Assembly (NCBI GenBank): GCA_951406725.2
Contig: OX597825.1
Location: forward strand, 1,488,001 to 1,552,000
Length of the DNA: 64,000 bases
Direction: 5' to 3'
Origin: Octopus vulgaris
Taxonomy: Eukaryota
The notes under the pieces are model-generated. The model did not search any database. It was given only the letters and a program-made list of their open reading frames with translations, and had not been told where the DNA came from. The translations under genes were made by a program, and so were the position numbers. Positions 38,750 through 52,840 of the stretch are shown piece by piece (the first letter of the stretch is position 1; the number at the start of each line of letters is the position of its first letter).

Positions 38750-40409
38750 GGTATTAATTAAGCTGGATCTATCATAGAAGATACTTTTCCCCCAAAACCA
38801 AAGCAAAACCAGAATGATATAGTTGAAAAGTAAACTTCTTTAACATGCAACCCATAGCTAATTTGTTTTTGTAAATACTAAAATAGAAGCTCCCTAATTA
38901 ATTCGGTATCCTTACAGTGATTTTCCCTCTAAGTATATTTGGTGATTGCTTGCTATAAACATCATATTTAATATTTATCTAAACATCACTAAAACTCAAA
39001 ATATGTTCTGAAACCACACGCATATCACATAAGACATTCAAATAATATTTCAATTAAAGATATGATTTCTCTACAAAGTATTGGTAACTGAAATAAATAC
39101 AGAAAAAAAAACCTTGCAAGTGTCATGATGAAAATAACGGAAAATACTCAAAATAGATTGTTGGAAATTGAATGCGTAACATAACTGAGACTTTGTCACT
39201 GGCATATTACAACATGCATCTGCATGTGCACTTGGAGAACACACAAATGCACACAATATTGTAAACATGTTTTTACCTATGGAATTAAGTATTGATATTC
39301 GCTCTTCATAACCAATCCCTACCCAATCCTTTTAGGCTTTCTAAATTTAGGTATATCAACAAGGCAACCACCAGAATGAATATATATATATACATATATA
39401 TAAATATATAAATAAATATATATATCATATGGTTTGTTGTTAGCTGTACCCTGAGAAAAGTTCTAAGAATTAAATAGATGAATGGCATTCTGAGAGAGGC
39501 TTGGGTTGTTGCCCAGAGTCATTGATCTAAAGATAACAAACACAGATTTGAGCCTTCATTAGAACTGAAGAGAATCTGGTGATGGTTTGTAAATGAAGGT
39601 GAGGAGGGAGGTAACTGAAAGTAAGGTGGTATTATAAAGTAAGGGTGGGAAGGCCGGGTGGGAAGTGAAAAGAACTTTGCCTAAACTGGAAGATGGAAAG
39701 AACAGAAGCGCAGTATATTGAAAACATTGGCAAAGATATAGAAAAGCAATTTCGTAATTGACTTATGCTGTACACTTTGACCAAGACTACCTCCAGCCAA
39801 CACTCTGGAACATGTCCAGTTTGAGGCAGTTCTTATCTCTTGTAATCATTTACATCATAGATCACATTACATGAGAAAACCTCACAAATAACCATTTCCT
39901 TCTCTATGGTGTTTCTTCATTAATTGGGATTTAATGTTTCAGAGACATGTGTGCGTGCATGTGTGTGTGTGTGTGTGTGTGCGTGTGTATGAGTGTGTGT
40001 GTGTGTGCACGCACATGTATCTATATATATTTCCTCTTGATCAATATTAAATCTAATATGTCTGAGTGAGATAGTATAAATGTGTGAGAGTATGTCATTA
40101 AAAGATTCTATCTCCTTCTGACCAACTCTATGAAGCTGGGTAGATGGTTAGATCTATAAGTATGACATAATTTATATATATATAACTGGGTGTGGGTGTT
40201 TAGAGGGCAGCAAATGTGTCTATTTGACTTAAATTGAGTATATTTAAAAGTATCTCTATTGTAATCACATACATTTCAGATTGTGTTCTTTGCCACTGGG
40301 CAAATAGTTTTCTTAAGCAAAAACAACTGGAAATGATTGGCTCAGACAGAAAGAATTTCATTTGGAGAAGAAGTCGTTACAATAAATAGATGCATTTAGA
40401 GGGTTGTTG

Positions 40410-40660
40410 AGGAAGGTGGCTCAGTGGTTCGGCTGTTTGGCTTGTAAGGTTTGATTCCCAGTGGCATGTTATGTCCTCGAGCAAGACACTTTATTTCATA
40501 TTCACTCAGCTGGCAAAAATGAGTTGTACCTGTCATTCAAAGGGGCCACCTTTGTCATATTGTTCTGTGTGTCATTCTGAATCACCCTGAGAACTATGTT
40601 AAGGGTCCTCGTGTTTGTGAAATGCTCTGCTACTTGCATGTCAATTTCACAATAAAGGCT
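40410..40660 (+). mobile_element. Family D-related SINE (same head/core, different tail)
   Basis: TGGCTCAGTGGTT...GGTTTGATTCCC...GAGCAAGACACTTTATTTCA...TTCACTCAGCTG...AAATGAGTTG shared with family D. Confidence 0.7.
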
Positions 40661-41389
40661 TGGAATACTTGTCGTAAGTGAAAGAGTGCCAGGAGGAGAG
40701 CATACAGGGTTCTGAGGAAGGCATTGACCCTTACAAAAGATAAAAAATTTTTTTTTAAAACAGACCAGACCCATCCTATATTTGCATGCTGCACATCTGA
40801 GGATACTTCCTCAGCAATTTGTCTCTCAACTCACAGAAAAAAAACCAATGACAGCTTCTTTAAGTGGCTGCCCATCATTCAAGAAGTACAACTAAACCCA
40901 TCAATCACATTGCAGAATTTCATTGTTGGTGTTAAAAAACACCATTGATGCTTTAGTCACAAACACCAAGTAAAATCCATCAATAGGATTTCAAAATGTA
41001 CAAAATTTTCAAAAAGCTCAGCTCATCAATTTGTATAAAACGAGTCTGGACGAATAAAAATTATTAGCAACTCCATGTGAAAAAAACAACAAAAACAACA
41101 ACCAATCCTGGTTCTTCTTCTTTTTATTTACTTCTTCAGTAAATTCAATGATGAATGAAAGTACTTTTCAATGTGATTTCAGTAGTAAATGCCAAGTCAT
41201 GACCAAAGATTTTACAATTAACTTCAAGGAGAGACTAACAATACGGACAATACAGTGGTGGTGGCAATGTCAGTAGTAGTAGTAGTAGTAGCAGTAGGAG
41301 TTGTTTTTGCTGTTGCTTGTTAGCTCCAGATCAACCTTGATTAAGCAGGTTTATGATCTCAAAAGTATTATGGCCTTGGCCATGCCATT

Positions 41390-41427
<38 letters not shown>

Positions 41428-41431
<4 letters not shown>

Positions 41432-41612
41432 TCATCATCATCATCATCGTTTAACGTCCGTTCTCCATGCCATGGGTTGACGGTTCGATCGGGGATCTGG
41501 GAAGCCAGAAGGCTGCCCCAGGCTCCAGTCTTATCTGGCAATGTTTCTACAGCTGGATGCCCTTCCTAACGCCAACCACTCCGTGAGTGTAGTGGGTGCT
41601 TTTTACGTGTCA
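41428..41612 (-). mobile_element. RTE-tail SINE-like element (family R), short copy in a (TA)n tract
   Basis: (CAT)n CGTTTAACGTCCG...CAGCTGGATGCCCTTCCTAACGCCAACC. Confidence 0.85.
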
Positions 41613-41625
41613 ATATATATATATA

Positions 41626-42002
41626 CACTACCGTCAGAAATTAATTAGCACCCTTGATTTGCTCTTCACTCAAGGTATGTGCTGTCACCTAGTGGCCATA
41701 TCTCGAACTATTGCTTTGTTGCGAGTTCACTGTTGCGCAGAACGATGATGTAACTTTGCTTGCAGAGCAGTTTGAGAGTCTACAGCCTTATGATGTTGAC
41801 ATAGCAGTGCAACAAATTGGAGTGCAGATGCAGACAAATCTTCCTTTGTTTAATAGATATAGGTAGCGCCTCGCAAGGACCGAAATCACACCATACTAAG
41901 TTTTCTCATCGTGTAAGACGTTTTGAACAGCTCATAGGTTAATTGATTTAACCTATTTAATGTAGAAATTTGAGAAGTGCTAATTAATTTCTGACGCAAG
42001 TG
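41626..42002. mobile_element. Tc1-like MITE with 26-bp TIRs and TA TSD
   Basis: TA|CACTACCGTCAGAAATTAATTAGCAC ... GTGCTAATTAATTTCTGACGCAAGTG|TA. Confidence 0.85.
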
Positions 42003-42046
42003 TACATATATGAATGTCTATCTATATATAAATATCTATCTGTCTT

Positions 42047-42805
42047 CACAATAAATGACAAATGCATTAAATACTACAAAATGTACATGTAGGACAGATG
42101 CAGAAGGACCCTAATTCTTCCTCACTGATGAAGTATTAGGGTCCTTCTGTGTCTCTCTGACATGTACGTTTTGTAATATTTAATGCATTTTTCATTTATT
42201 GAGTAACTGAACGCCAAGCATCCCAACTTTTGTTAACAGTTAAGTTTCCATATATTTTTTGCGACTATCTTCTTTCTTTCTTTCTCTCACATCCTCTTAT
42301 TCATTTTCTAGCATCCCTACTTCCTCTCTCTCATCTTCTCACACTTATTTGTAAACTTTCTCCCTTCCTTCTTCTCTCTCTCCCTCTCTCTCATCCTCCT
42401 TCCCCCCTATCTACTGCTCACATCTGACCCGTGACCAGTTCTCTCATCTCTACCTTTTCACCACCAGACGCTTCACTGGATGCTCAACATTTTCTCCTCT
42501 CTTACTATTTCTCTCTTTTCATATCCATTGAGGATTTCTTCCAGGCATTACCCATCACTCTCCTGTTCAGCCAAAAGACTGTATTTATTCTGTCTTCGTC
42601 TCTCATTCCAAATTGCATTTCTTTACATTCTTATGTCCTCCATCTATTGTCTTGTTTGCTCGAGCTTCAACTCTCAGTTTTATCATTAAAGGCACAAAAC
42701 TGTGTATTAGTACCTTTGGTTGATAACTCTTGAAGAATTAAGATCATTCTGTGTCTGTCCTAGGTGTACACTTTGTAGTATTTAATGCATTTTTCATTTA
42801 CTGAG
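42047..42805. mobile_element. Element with a ~75-bp terminal unit present three times (inverted pair plus distal direct copy)
   Basis: 42049-42124 is the reverse complement of 42126-42201, and 42731-42805 is a diverged direct copy of the latter; pyrimidine-rich interior. Confidence 0.6.
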
Positions 42806-45800
42806 TGTGTGTGTGTGTATATATATGTATATATAAAACAACATTTTCAATGGGTTCTTTCTATTTAAAGACCCAGCTTGTGATTTGAAGGAGATTTGAC
42901 TGCTATTTCTGCCAGATGGTGTGACTCAGTAAAAGCTCCCTCGATGGCTAGGTAAAAATGTAGTTGAAATGGAAACTTGATTTATATGCTCAAAAATCTA
43001 TACTTTAATCGATCAGTTAATGCTGGCATCCTCCAAATAAGAACAAATTAGGAAAGATAACAGCAAGCTTCTCTCAGATAAGATATAGGAAACATTGTAG
43101 ATAGTTTAAAAAACAGAAAATAATAATAATAATAATGATAAAACATCAAGACAAAATTGAGAATGTGAGTGATAGAGAAAATAAGAGAAAAAGAAAGAGC
43201 AATGTTTAGAATAACGGCATGCTTTGATTGGATTGACTATAGACAGCTTCACAGCAGGTAGCAATCTGACACAGATAATCAATAAGTTGATTTGATTCCT
43301 AGTTGCAGAGATAAACGAACTGTTGAGCTCTCAACAATATGCTGTCCAGACCTTCGTGCAAATATGAAGTGTATTAAATGAAAGAATATAGAATACCCCA
43401 CTGAGATTTATAATCCCTACGTGCAGTTATTCATTTAATGTTTAGTACTCACTAGGAGGTTAACAATAGAGTAACAGGAAAAATGACTTATTGAAAGAAA
43501 AAAGCTGAAAAAATACACATATATATTTTTAAAAAATATGATATTAAGTTATATATAGTGACACACAAAATATGAATTGATAAAAAATATTCTGAAATAG
43601 ATTATAAATAAGGATGAAAATATGAAAGCTAGTCAGTTTTTGCAAATAAGAATTATAATAATAATATTAATAATAATAAATAAATAAAATAAATAAATAA
43701 ATAAATGAATAAATAAATAAATAAAATAGATACTAATTTGAATTAATCAAAAATGTTCTGCTGAAAAAAAGTTAACTGTTCAAAAGTATTTATGATTGAT
43801 CAAATATAGAAATATAGTTTGATTTCAAACTACAAGAGGGCTAAAATACATTATACAATATCAGTTGTATAGTTAAATTAATGTAATTAAATTTAATGTC
43901 AAGAGCAATAAAAATTTAACTCGAAATAGATAAGCAGTAAGGAAAAAGAAACCAATAATTGTAAATGATTGATATTATTTTTCGCCTGTAAGCCAATTAT
44001 GAGAGAAAAGTTTGAACATGTTTCTGCCTCATTAAGACCTCATCAATAACGAGTAGACTTTACCACAGTTGACTATGACTAGTCACAATGAAAAAATCAT
44101 TATGCAAAAGTACAAAATTAAGGATGTTCCTATGGTAAGTATTTTAATAAGACTTAAATTGAGCAGAAGTGAAGTGATGTCTGGAACTGCAAACAAGAGA
44201 CCTCCTAAATGGGCCGGAATACATCACAGGGCTGGGGAGGCTGGTGACTGTAATAATGGACAGCAGTGGTAATAGGAATAACAGAATGTGGTGTATGAAT
44301 GGGCTGTTATGATAGATGTGATGGAAGCCAACCAGACCAAGGAATATGGAGAGAAGGGTATGAAGTAAAAAAGAAGAGTACTGACCATGCTACAGTAGAT
44401 GGTGGGTGGTGATTGCGACAGTGAGTAGTGGTGACAGAGGCATTGGCAGAGGGAGTGAGTGAGAGAGGTGGATAGAGGCAAAACAAATGAAGGTTAAGTG
44501 GGCCAAAATAGAGAAGTACAAATATGCAAATTCATGGAGGTTGTAATAGAAGACAGTATCAATGATGGCAGAATGGTAGAAATAACATGGAGACAGGAGA
44601 ATAAACTGCCATGACAGAAGCAGATGGAGTCAAACTAAGCCAAACGTGTACAAGTCAGGCAAGGAAACTGAGGTAAGGAGAAAGAAGCACAGAGAGGGTG
44701 TTACTGCAATAGCAAACAGTAGAGATGGCGTCAGGGAAAAGTGAATTGGATGGCTAAGTGAAGAAAGTTGGTCTAATCAAAAGTTAAAATCCACAATTCA
44801 ACTTTTCTTAGAAAATTTTTAAACTGTCAAAAAGTTTTATTGTTGATTTGCATGCCAGAACTTAATACAATAATGGATTTGGTACAGTTTGCTGTTATTG
44901 TTTTATTAAAACAAAAATTTCATTTCATGATTAGTGTTTGTTAAAATAGATCATATAAATTTATTTCTCTGCTGTATTGTTGCAGTTACTATGATTTAGT
45001 TCAAGAGAAGCGCTGATCAAGCAAACCTAGACTCAAAGGTTTCCCACCCATAACTGGATCTTTCTCTGTTATTGTTTCCAAGCATATTGTACCTTGGATT
45101 ACATCGTCCAGTGTCTTCTTCCTTCTTTTAAATCCATCAGGATGCAATTTTAGACTGGTTTAGCTGCTATTTCAGGCAGGTCAAACAATCATATGAAGAG
45201 AAATTCCTTCATTCCATTCTGCTTTTCTTAATCCTTGTTGTGATTCCTTTTATTAATCCTCCCACACCTTCACTTACGCTTATTATATAACAATGTATTC
45301 AGTAAACTACAAAGGTCTTACTTAGCTGATTGAACTTAATAAGATTTACAACAACTATATTAATGTCGTATACAATTGTTTTTGTTTTATGCGGTTTGTA
45401 CTTTTATTCTTTATTGTTTGTTTGTTTCTTTTTTTATCTTGCATTTTAGACAAAAGCTTTATTTGGTAATTTTCAATTTTTCTTAGCAATAGGTTGAATA
45501 AAGAAAATTTCCTTTGGAAATATCACTAATTTATCAAAACTTAACTTCTAAAACAAATCAATACCTAATCTCTTAGGTACACTGATGCAAATAGAGCAAA
45601 TAATCAAGCACAAAACCTTCTTGGAGAACATACTAGCAACTGCAATCCAATCCTACCTCATCTCCATCTGTTGGCAGCTGCATATTTCCAACATCCTCCC
45701 CCGAACCACTCACCCCCACCCCCTTTCACCCAAAAGAAAGAAATGTTTGAATAACAATTTAGAAGTTTTATTTGTTGTAGATCTGCATCCTAAGATGAAC

Positions 45801-46138
45801 ATGTATATATCAACAGATAGCTTTTAGCTTACTTGTTTTTTTTGTCTTTGTTCTTTTATTCATTTTTTAAATATATTTTGCATCATTAAGATATTCAATT
45901 GTGAAAAAAAAAAAGAAAAAAACAAAGTAACCAAATTCATATTTAACTCTTTCAATACCGATCTACCCAAGATGGATTCTGGTTTCATAATATAAATCCT
46001 ATAATTTGAAAGTATTCATATTTACATTAAAACTTCCCATTATAATTCTTTATAAGAACCTTTCAATAAGTTACGTTCCAAATATCAGCTTCATAGTGTC
46101 AAATTGTCAACCATTTTTAAAAAGTGTTTCGTTTCATA

Positions 46139-46300
46139 GGCATAGGAGTGGCTGTGTGGTAAGTAGCTTGTTTACGAACCACATGGTTCCGGGTTCAGTC
46201 CCACTGTGTGGCACCTTGGGCAAGTGTCTTCTACTATAGCCTCGGGTTGACCAAAGCCTTGTGAGTGGATTTGGTAGATGGAAACTGAAAGAAGCCCGTC

Positions 46301-46356
<56 letters not shown>

Positions 46357-46398
46357 ATGTTTATGTGTGTATATGTTTGTGTGTCTGTGTTTGCAGAC
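46139..46398 (+). mobile_element. tRNA-derived SINE family B, well-preserved head plus (TA)n(TG)n
   Basis: A box TGGCTGTGTGG, B box GGTTCAGTCCC, then CACCTTGGGCAAGTGTCTTCTACTATAGCC...GAAACTGAAAGAAGCCCGTCG. Confidence 0.9.
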
Positions 46399-47224
46399 AA
46401 ACTAGTTATTGCTGTTAATCAATCAGCCCTATAAATCAAAGGCATTCCAGCCTTGCCCACCTCAACATTCTGTCTATCAAAGACTACATTATTGTCCAAT
46501 GTGCTTTTCCTGTTTCAAGACAGCATGAGGTGTGTGATATGAGAAAAGTTTGTTCCTCTTGTTAGCCGATCTAGTAACTGTGCAGAGGGCTTTTTGTTGG
46601 TTCAAAGAGAACAATGCCTTAAAAATAAAACCATAATTTCAAAATGTCTTTTGAACTAAAATATGAAAATACATTTATAAGTTATAGGTTTAGTAGAATT
46701 TGTAGTGACTGGACAAAAAGCCTTGCTATATCTAGAAGTGTACCTTTTATTTTGTGTTCTGAGTTCAAATCCCAGTAAGGTCAGCTCTGCTTCTCATTCT
46801 TCTCGAGTCAATTAAATAGTACCAGCTGTTCTAATTGACTTTACCCATCACTATACCTAAAATCCTGTGGTTATTACACATCCACATGCAAGCTATAATT
46901 ATTAATTTTTAGGATGTTAACTGTTTTATGCTCTCTCTAATTAGGTGCTCTGGGCATTTTGTTGCCATAATCAATAGAAATACGTTATCATTTTGTTTCA
47001 ATTTATTTTGAAAATTTGGAAAAATTTAGCAAAATAATTTTGTTGATATTAAGCTGGTGTTTGGAATACAAATTAATCTGAAATTTGGTTAGATTTCAAT
47101 TTAGAACACTTTAGAACAGAATTTTATATCAAACAATTAATGGCGGTCTGAAGGAGGTCAGTACCAAAAAGGTTAGTAAACTAATATTTCTTTCATATTT
47201 TGGGACAAAAACAGCACTTAACTA

Positions 47225-47370
47225 GTTGTTTATTCCTTTATTTTATCAACCCTGAAAGGATGAAAGACAAGGTCAACTTGTAGTCATTTGAATTCAGAAT
47301 GTGAAGAGCCAGAAGAGATGATGCTAAGCTTTATGTCTGGCATGGTAATGTCTCTGTCAGCTTGGCACTT
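47225..47370 (-). mobile_element. Degenerate family C SINE (inverted relative to a + copy at ~46705-46850)
   Basis: CCCTGAAAGGATGAAAGACAAGGTCAAC...TTTGAATTCAGAATGT. Confidence 0.6.
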
Positions 47371-47742
47371 GAGTAAACTATTAAAAATAATAATAATGAT
47401 GATAATTATGTGTTAAACTTCCTCTTTTGGAAATGTTGTCACATCTATAATTGAAACAATATCATTTGACTTTATCCAGGGTCTCTCTGGATTGCATGAT
47501 CTGATAAAAATTATCTGCTGTGTCACAAAACACATCTTTAAAAAAATAACAAAGGCCACATTAGTTAATGTATACATTGATGTATTATGTCTGAAAGAAG
47601 GAAAAAGACGTGGTGTTCATGTCTGGAACAACTTTTATAATAAGCCTGCCCATTCAGGCCTGACTATGGCTAAATTGGAATAACAACAGCAATATCCAAA
47701 GAAAAATTTAGATGTATTATGTTTTGGAAATTGTAGTTAAGA

Positions 47743-48062
47743 TACCCGGGCCTGTGACACGTTAAAAGCAGCGTCCAAACATGGCAGATGCCAGTGCCAC
47801 CTGACTGGCGTCTGTGTTGGTGGCACATAAAAAGCACCAACCGATTGTGGCTGCTGCCAGCCTCCTCTGGCCCCTGTGCCGGTGGCACGTAAAAAGCACC
47901 CACTACACTCATGGAGTGGTTGGCGTTAGGAAGGGCATCCAGCTGTAGAAACACTGCCAGATCAGACTGGTGCCTGGTGCAGCCTCCTGGCTTCCCAAAC
48001 CCCGGTCGAACCGTCCAACCCATGCTAGCAGGGAAAACGGACGTTAAATGATGATGATGATG
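47743..48062 (+). mobile_element. RTE-tail SINE-like element (family R)
   Basis: Colinear with 11829-12153, including three internal modules and the (GAT)n tail. Confidence 0.85.
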
Positions 48063-48443
48063 TGCAGGCATGGCTGTGTGGGTAAGAAACTAGCTTCCCA
48101 CTCATGTAATCTTTAGTTCAGTCCCACTATGTGACACCTTGGACAAAAGTCTTCTGTCATAGCTCTGAGTTGATCAAGACCTTGTGAGTGGATTTGGCAG
48201 GCAGAAACTGAAAGAAGCCCATTTTGTATGTGTCTGTGTGTCTTTATGTTTGTCCTTCACTACTACTTGACAACTGGTATTGGTTTGTTTATGTCCTCAT
48301 AACTTAGTGGTTCAGCAAATGAAACTGATAAGATTAGAACCAGATTAAAAACATAGGTACTTGGGTGATTTGTTCAACCAAAATCTTTAAAGGCAGTGCT
48401 CCAGCATGGCCACAGTCCACTGACTTATACAAGTAAAAGATAG
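48062..48443 (+). mobile_element. tRNA-derived SINE family B, long form
   Basis: GCAGGCATGGCTGTGTGG...GTTCAGTCCCAC...tail AAGGCAGTGCTCCAGCATGGCCACAGTC...ACAAGTAAAAGATAG. Confidence 0.8.
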
Positions 48444-51400
48444 AAAATTTGCAGTAACGATGAAACTTCGTGATCTGACTAACAGAACATTTCTTAATTT
48501 CTAAATAAGTTTTTTTTGTGTGATTAATTATCACAAATATCTGTGTGTATGCATGTAAGCAGACATGTGTATGTATGCATGTATATGTGTTTATGCAACT
48601 GCAAGTAAAATGGTCACTAAATGGATACCATATAATTCTTACTATTAATATGACCAAGCCAATAATGGAGCTGCTACGTGGTCATTTAGCTGGCTTTTTT
48701 AAAAAAGGTCATATTAGCTAATGTTGTTCAAAAGCATACTCATCATCATCATCATCATCATCCTTCTCGCATCTGTTTTTCAGTGCAGGCTTTTGCGGAC
48801 CTTTTTGAGACTGTTCAGTTTTAGAATCAGTTTTCCTTCCTGTTGTCAATCCCTTCAGTTACCCCCTATGATATGCCTATTATAAAAGCAGGATGCATAG
48901 AGTGTGCCTGGGATAAATTAAGCTAGGATGATCATGGCTGGAATAATCCTTGATCACAAATCTGCTTAATAAAGATCAACTTGAAAATGGATACAAATAT
49001 AATGAGGACAATGTTGGCTGTAGCAGCTAAGACGTTTGTTTCACAATTATGTAATGTTGGGTTCAATCACACTGTGTGGAACCTTGGGCAAGCATTTTCA
49101 ATGATAACTTTGGTTGAAGCAAAGCTTTACAAATAAAATTTGGTATAAAAAAAAAAAAACCTATGTGAAGGAGCATCCGATAGACCAGTCAGAGGTAAAC
49201 TGTTGGCTGTGGACCTTCTGAATGTGATGCCTAATTAAGAATTACCTTGAATATGTCCCTCAATGAGCTACGTCTCATGCAGCCTGCTTCTAGAGAATAG
49301 TAGCCTATGCTTGGAGTAAACCATTCCTGTTTTTGGGTGTTAGATCTAATCTGTTGCTTGGTTTAACACAACCCTGCAACTAACAGTGAAGCGGCTTCAG
49401 TGGATTTCATTCTGTTGCTAGAGTAAAGTTTCAGTTTTTAGAATAGTTTTGTCTGTTTGTCCTTTCTTTCTTTTAGTAACAAAGATCCCGAAAGTGGTTG
49501 TGGACATTACTACTTTTCTGCATTTAAGAATTATATTTAAAAACAAAAATAGAAAAGAAATAAAAAAATTTATACACTTTAAAAACAAGTCTAAGCCAAT
49601 ATTGACCTAAAAATTTGCTGCAGAGAATCAATAACTTTTTTTCTTTTTTCTTTTGTTAATGGTTATTTTAGTTATTAATAAACATAGAAACATAATTCCT
49701 ACAGATCTGATGTAAGAATCAGCCAGAATATTACATTTGCAGAAATATTTAGGGGGAACATTTATTAGTAGCAAAGAAAGAAAATATAACAAGTAATATA
49801 AAAAATAATGGATCTCTGAATCTATTTACTCCTTGCAAGGATATATTTTAGAAATATAACCTCATTATCAAGTTCCAATTTAAGATATTCCTTACGGGAG
49901 AGGATTAAATACAAATTTATTAATTCGCCCTTCCAAGATATTAATATCTATATTTTCTACAGCTTTCTTCATTAAATGTTATCTGATTGTTCTGTTTATG
50001 CCTCTAAGATAATTACATTATATTTTGCTTAATGAGTTACTGTGTACTGAACCAATAAACTAATCTTTTATATTCCTCTCTACCTTATATTTTGACTAGA
50101 GGATGCAGTCATGGCCAAATGGTTAAGAAGTTTGCTTCATAATAATAAGATCCTGGGTTCAAATCTCACTCTGTAGCAGCTTGGCAATGTGTGCTTTACC
50201 ATAAGCCTTGGATCAGTCAAAGGTCTGTGAGTGAGTTGGGCAATGGTTCATATCATCCAATAAGCTTCCCTATTGCTTCTCTACACATTTTCTTCCTGAC
50301 AACCCAATGGTTCGGTTTTCTAACATATTCTGTCATGATAATTTGGTCTGAGAATTGTGTTTAGGATTCGATATCTGTGAAGTACTCAACCTCTTTCCCA
50401 TTAACTGAATGTGTAGGTAGTCCACTTGACTGAACAGCTGAAATCTAATTGTCAAAACTGACAAAAAAAATCCATCATATTTTGACTGATATATTTGCAG
50501 AATAACGTCTTGAGCCCAACTTCTAACTGCACACACACAGCCTTTAACCATCGTATGGATATAGTTAGGAATATATACGATATCTGAACATGATCAGAAA
50601 ATAGACCAATCAAAACACACAGTTGATAGAAACACAAAAAAGAAAAAAAAATTAAAGAATGATTTACTGAAAAGCCCATAATACCTCCTGAAAGTAAGTT
50701 ATAAAAGCTGGTTTTCATGTTACAGCATTCTCAAAATAAAATATGTATCTTTAAGGCTCTGTGAGTTTATTTTTTTCTTTGATACTTAAATTGTTTTTGA
50801 GAAACTCATATGAACTAGTGATCAAATGAAATGTAAACAAAACAAAATAGAAATACGATAGAAACAAAAACCATTGCCTTCAAGATAATGAGTTTTTATA
50901 AAAGTTCTATATTATCAGATAATAAAAAATAGAGATTAAATAATGGAATTGGAGTCTTCTCTGGTACCGAGACTTAATATATGATTGATATTGTATGGCA
51001 ATCCGTTTTTCTGCCAGGGATAAAAAGAAATTTAATATTTTCCTATTTCACCCGGTTTCCTCTCTGAAACATTTCTTCTCTGTGATATTATCAATACCAA
51101 CCTGATAGTTATTTCTACAAGTTAGTTTCCTTTGAAGGTGTACACAAGCAATATATTTAATAAATAATTCTCTTTCAGAAACAGTTATTCTTATCTGGAA
51201 AATTAATCACATTGTTCTTGTGTTTTCTGATAAACTTACTTTGCTAATTTTCATGAAAGATTTCTGCTCATATCTATGTCACTAAATTTTCTATCTTCTC
51301 AATGGAAGTGAAGTATTTCCATTAGAGTTAGCAGTCAGTAACAGGTATCTCGCATCAGATAATGACTCTTATAAATATTCTTTTCCCCAAATGTTCTGAA

Positions 51401-51844
51401 TTCAGGAAAAATATTTTAAAATTCTGATGACTAAAGAAGAAAGTCTGTGTCCCTCATATCAGAAGAGTGCAGGAGATGAGAGATATGTTAGGTTATTAGA
51501 TTAGCTAATTTATGATGAAGCTCAGAAAACTGGTGGTTACTTTATTTGCAGACCAAATAAGAGAGGAGAGAAATAAAGTATGTTTTTGGGTTTTGGAAAG
51601 AAGTCATGCAAGATGCATGGTCAGAGGTGAGAGGCAAGCAGATGCAAGAAGGGGTTCGAAATGAATGGAGAGGATGTCCAGCAAGTCCTTTCTAAAGAAC
51701 AATATAATAACAGATATGATGGCGCCAAAAGGTAGTATCAGAATGAGTAATTGTTATCTGCAATAACGGGTCTAAAATTTAGATCTGAGACATATTTCTT
51801 AGTGTGTTTAGAGAGGAGGTTGCAAACCACATATTGATATTGTT

Positions 51845-52032
51845 GCATGGACCCACAAGTCAACCTTGATGAAGCAGTCCTATGGTCAAAAGCATTATAA
51901 CCATGGCCATCTTGTTTTCTTTTTCAGACATATGTATACCTTGGAGTATCATTTTTTAAGATAACAGGGTGTGGTTGAGAGAGAACTGGCTGCTTTTTCT
52001 ACTAGGTCGAGCAGTCATGTAGAGGCTCTCCT
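51845..52032 (+). mobile_element. Ancient dispersed repeat (family E), relatively complete copy
   Basis: GTCAACCTTGATGAAGCAGTCCTATGGTCAAAAGCATT...CCATGGCCATC...GGGTGTGGTTGAGAGAGAACTGGCTGCTTTTTCTAC...GTAGAGGCTCTC. Confidence 0.65.
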
Positions 52033-52524
52033 GTTAATTCAAGGGAGCTTCCTTCTTATTTTGGTGGATGCAGTGTACAGTTTAGATGAGTCTTTTCTCC
52101 CAAATAAATAAACATAATGAGGAAACGAGGAAGAGGATAATCATTAAATCTAACGATCATTGTTTGCTTGGTTGGACCTGAGACACCGTGAATGTCAAGG
52201 GTTTAATGACTGACAGTATTAACAATAATTAATGTAATACATTAATTATGTTGCCTCTAGAGCATTATTATTATTATTATCATTAAACAACTCTTTACAT
52301 ATCAACTACATCAACACTTGTGTAAATTCAATCAATTATAATTATCTTAATGACTCCTTCATGCTTTAAATCTTTTGTTATCAAACTGCCTGACTCTGCC
52401 CCTGGTTTTATGAGACAAACTTCCTGTTTTCAAGTAAAACATTCCATCAAAATTTTGCATTCATTTATTCACGACATCAGTTTAACAATGACAATGTTAT
52501 CTTACTGAAGTCTTCTATTACTCT

Positions 52525-52840
52525 ATTACTTGTCTCAATTATTGAACTACAGCCATGCTGGAGCCCCTCTGTTCAGAGTTAGTCAAACAAATGGACCCTA
52601 GTACTCATTCTATTGGTCTCTTTTATAAAACTGCTAAATTACAGGGGTGTAAACAAACCAACAACAATTATCAAGTGGTGGAGGGGACAAAGACACACAC
52701 ATACAATGGATTTCCACATAGTTTCCATTTACAAAATGTACTCACAAGGCAATGGTTGACCCTGGGCTGTAGTAGAAGACTAGGTGCTGTACAGTAGGAT
52801 TGAACTCTAAGCTATAGTTACAAAGTGAATGTCTTAATGA
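52525..52840 (-). mobile_element. Degenerate family B SINE
   Basis: GCCATGCTGGAGC...CTGCTAAATTACAGGGGTGTAAAC...CTCACAAGGC...TAGTAGAAGAC. Confidence 0.65.

Noticed and set aside
42125-42160. CTGATGAAG at the palindrome centre as a hammerhead core
   Set aside because: No stem II-GAAA follows; the motif arises at the inversion junction and is absent from the third copy.
44170-44760. Purine-rich, GC-elevated block as a coding exon
   Set aside because: Multiple stops and no recognisable motif; probably a very old TE remnant that I cannot classify.
46139-46210. A/B boxes as tRNA genes (also 38519 and 59846)
   Set aside because: No full cloverleaf; they are heads of multi-copy SINEs that continue into shared bodies.
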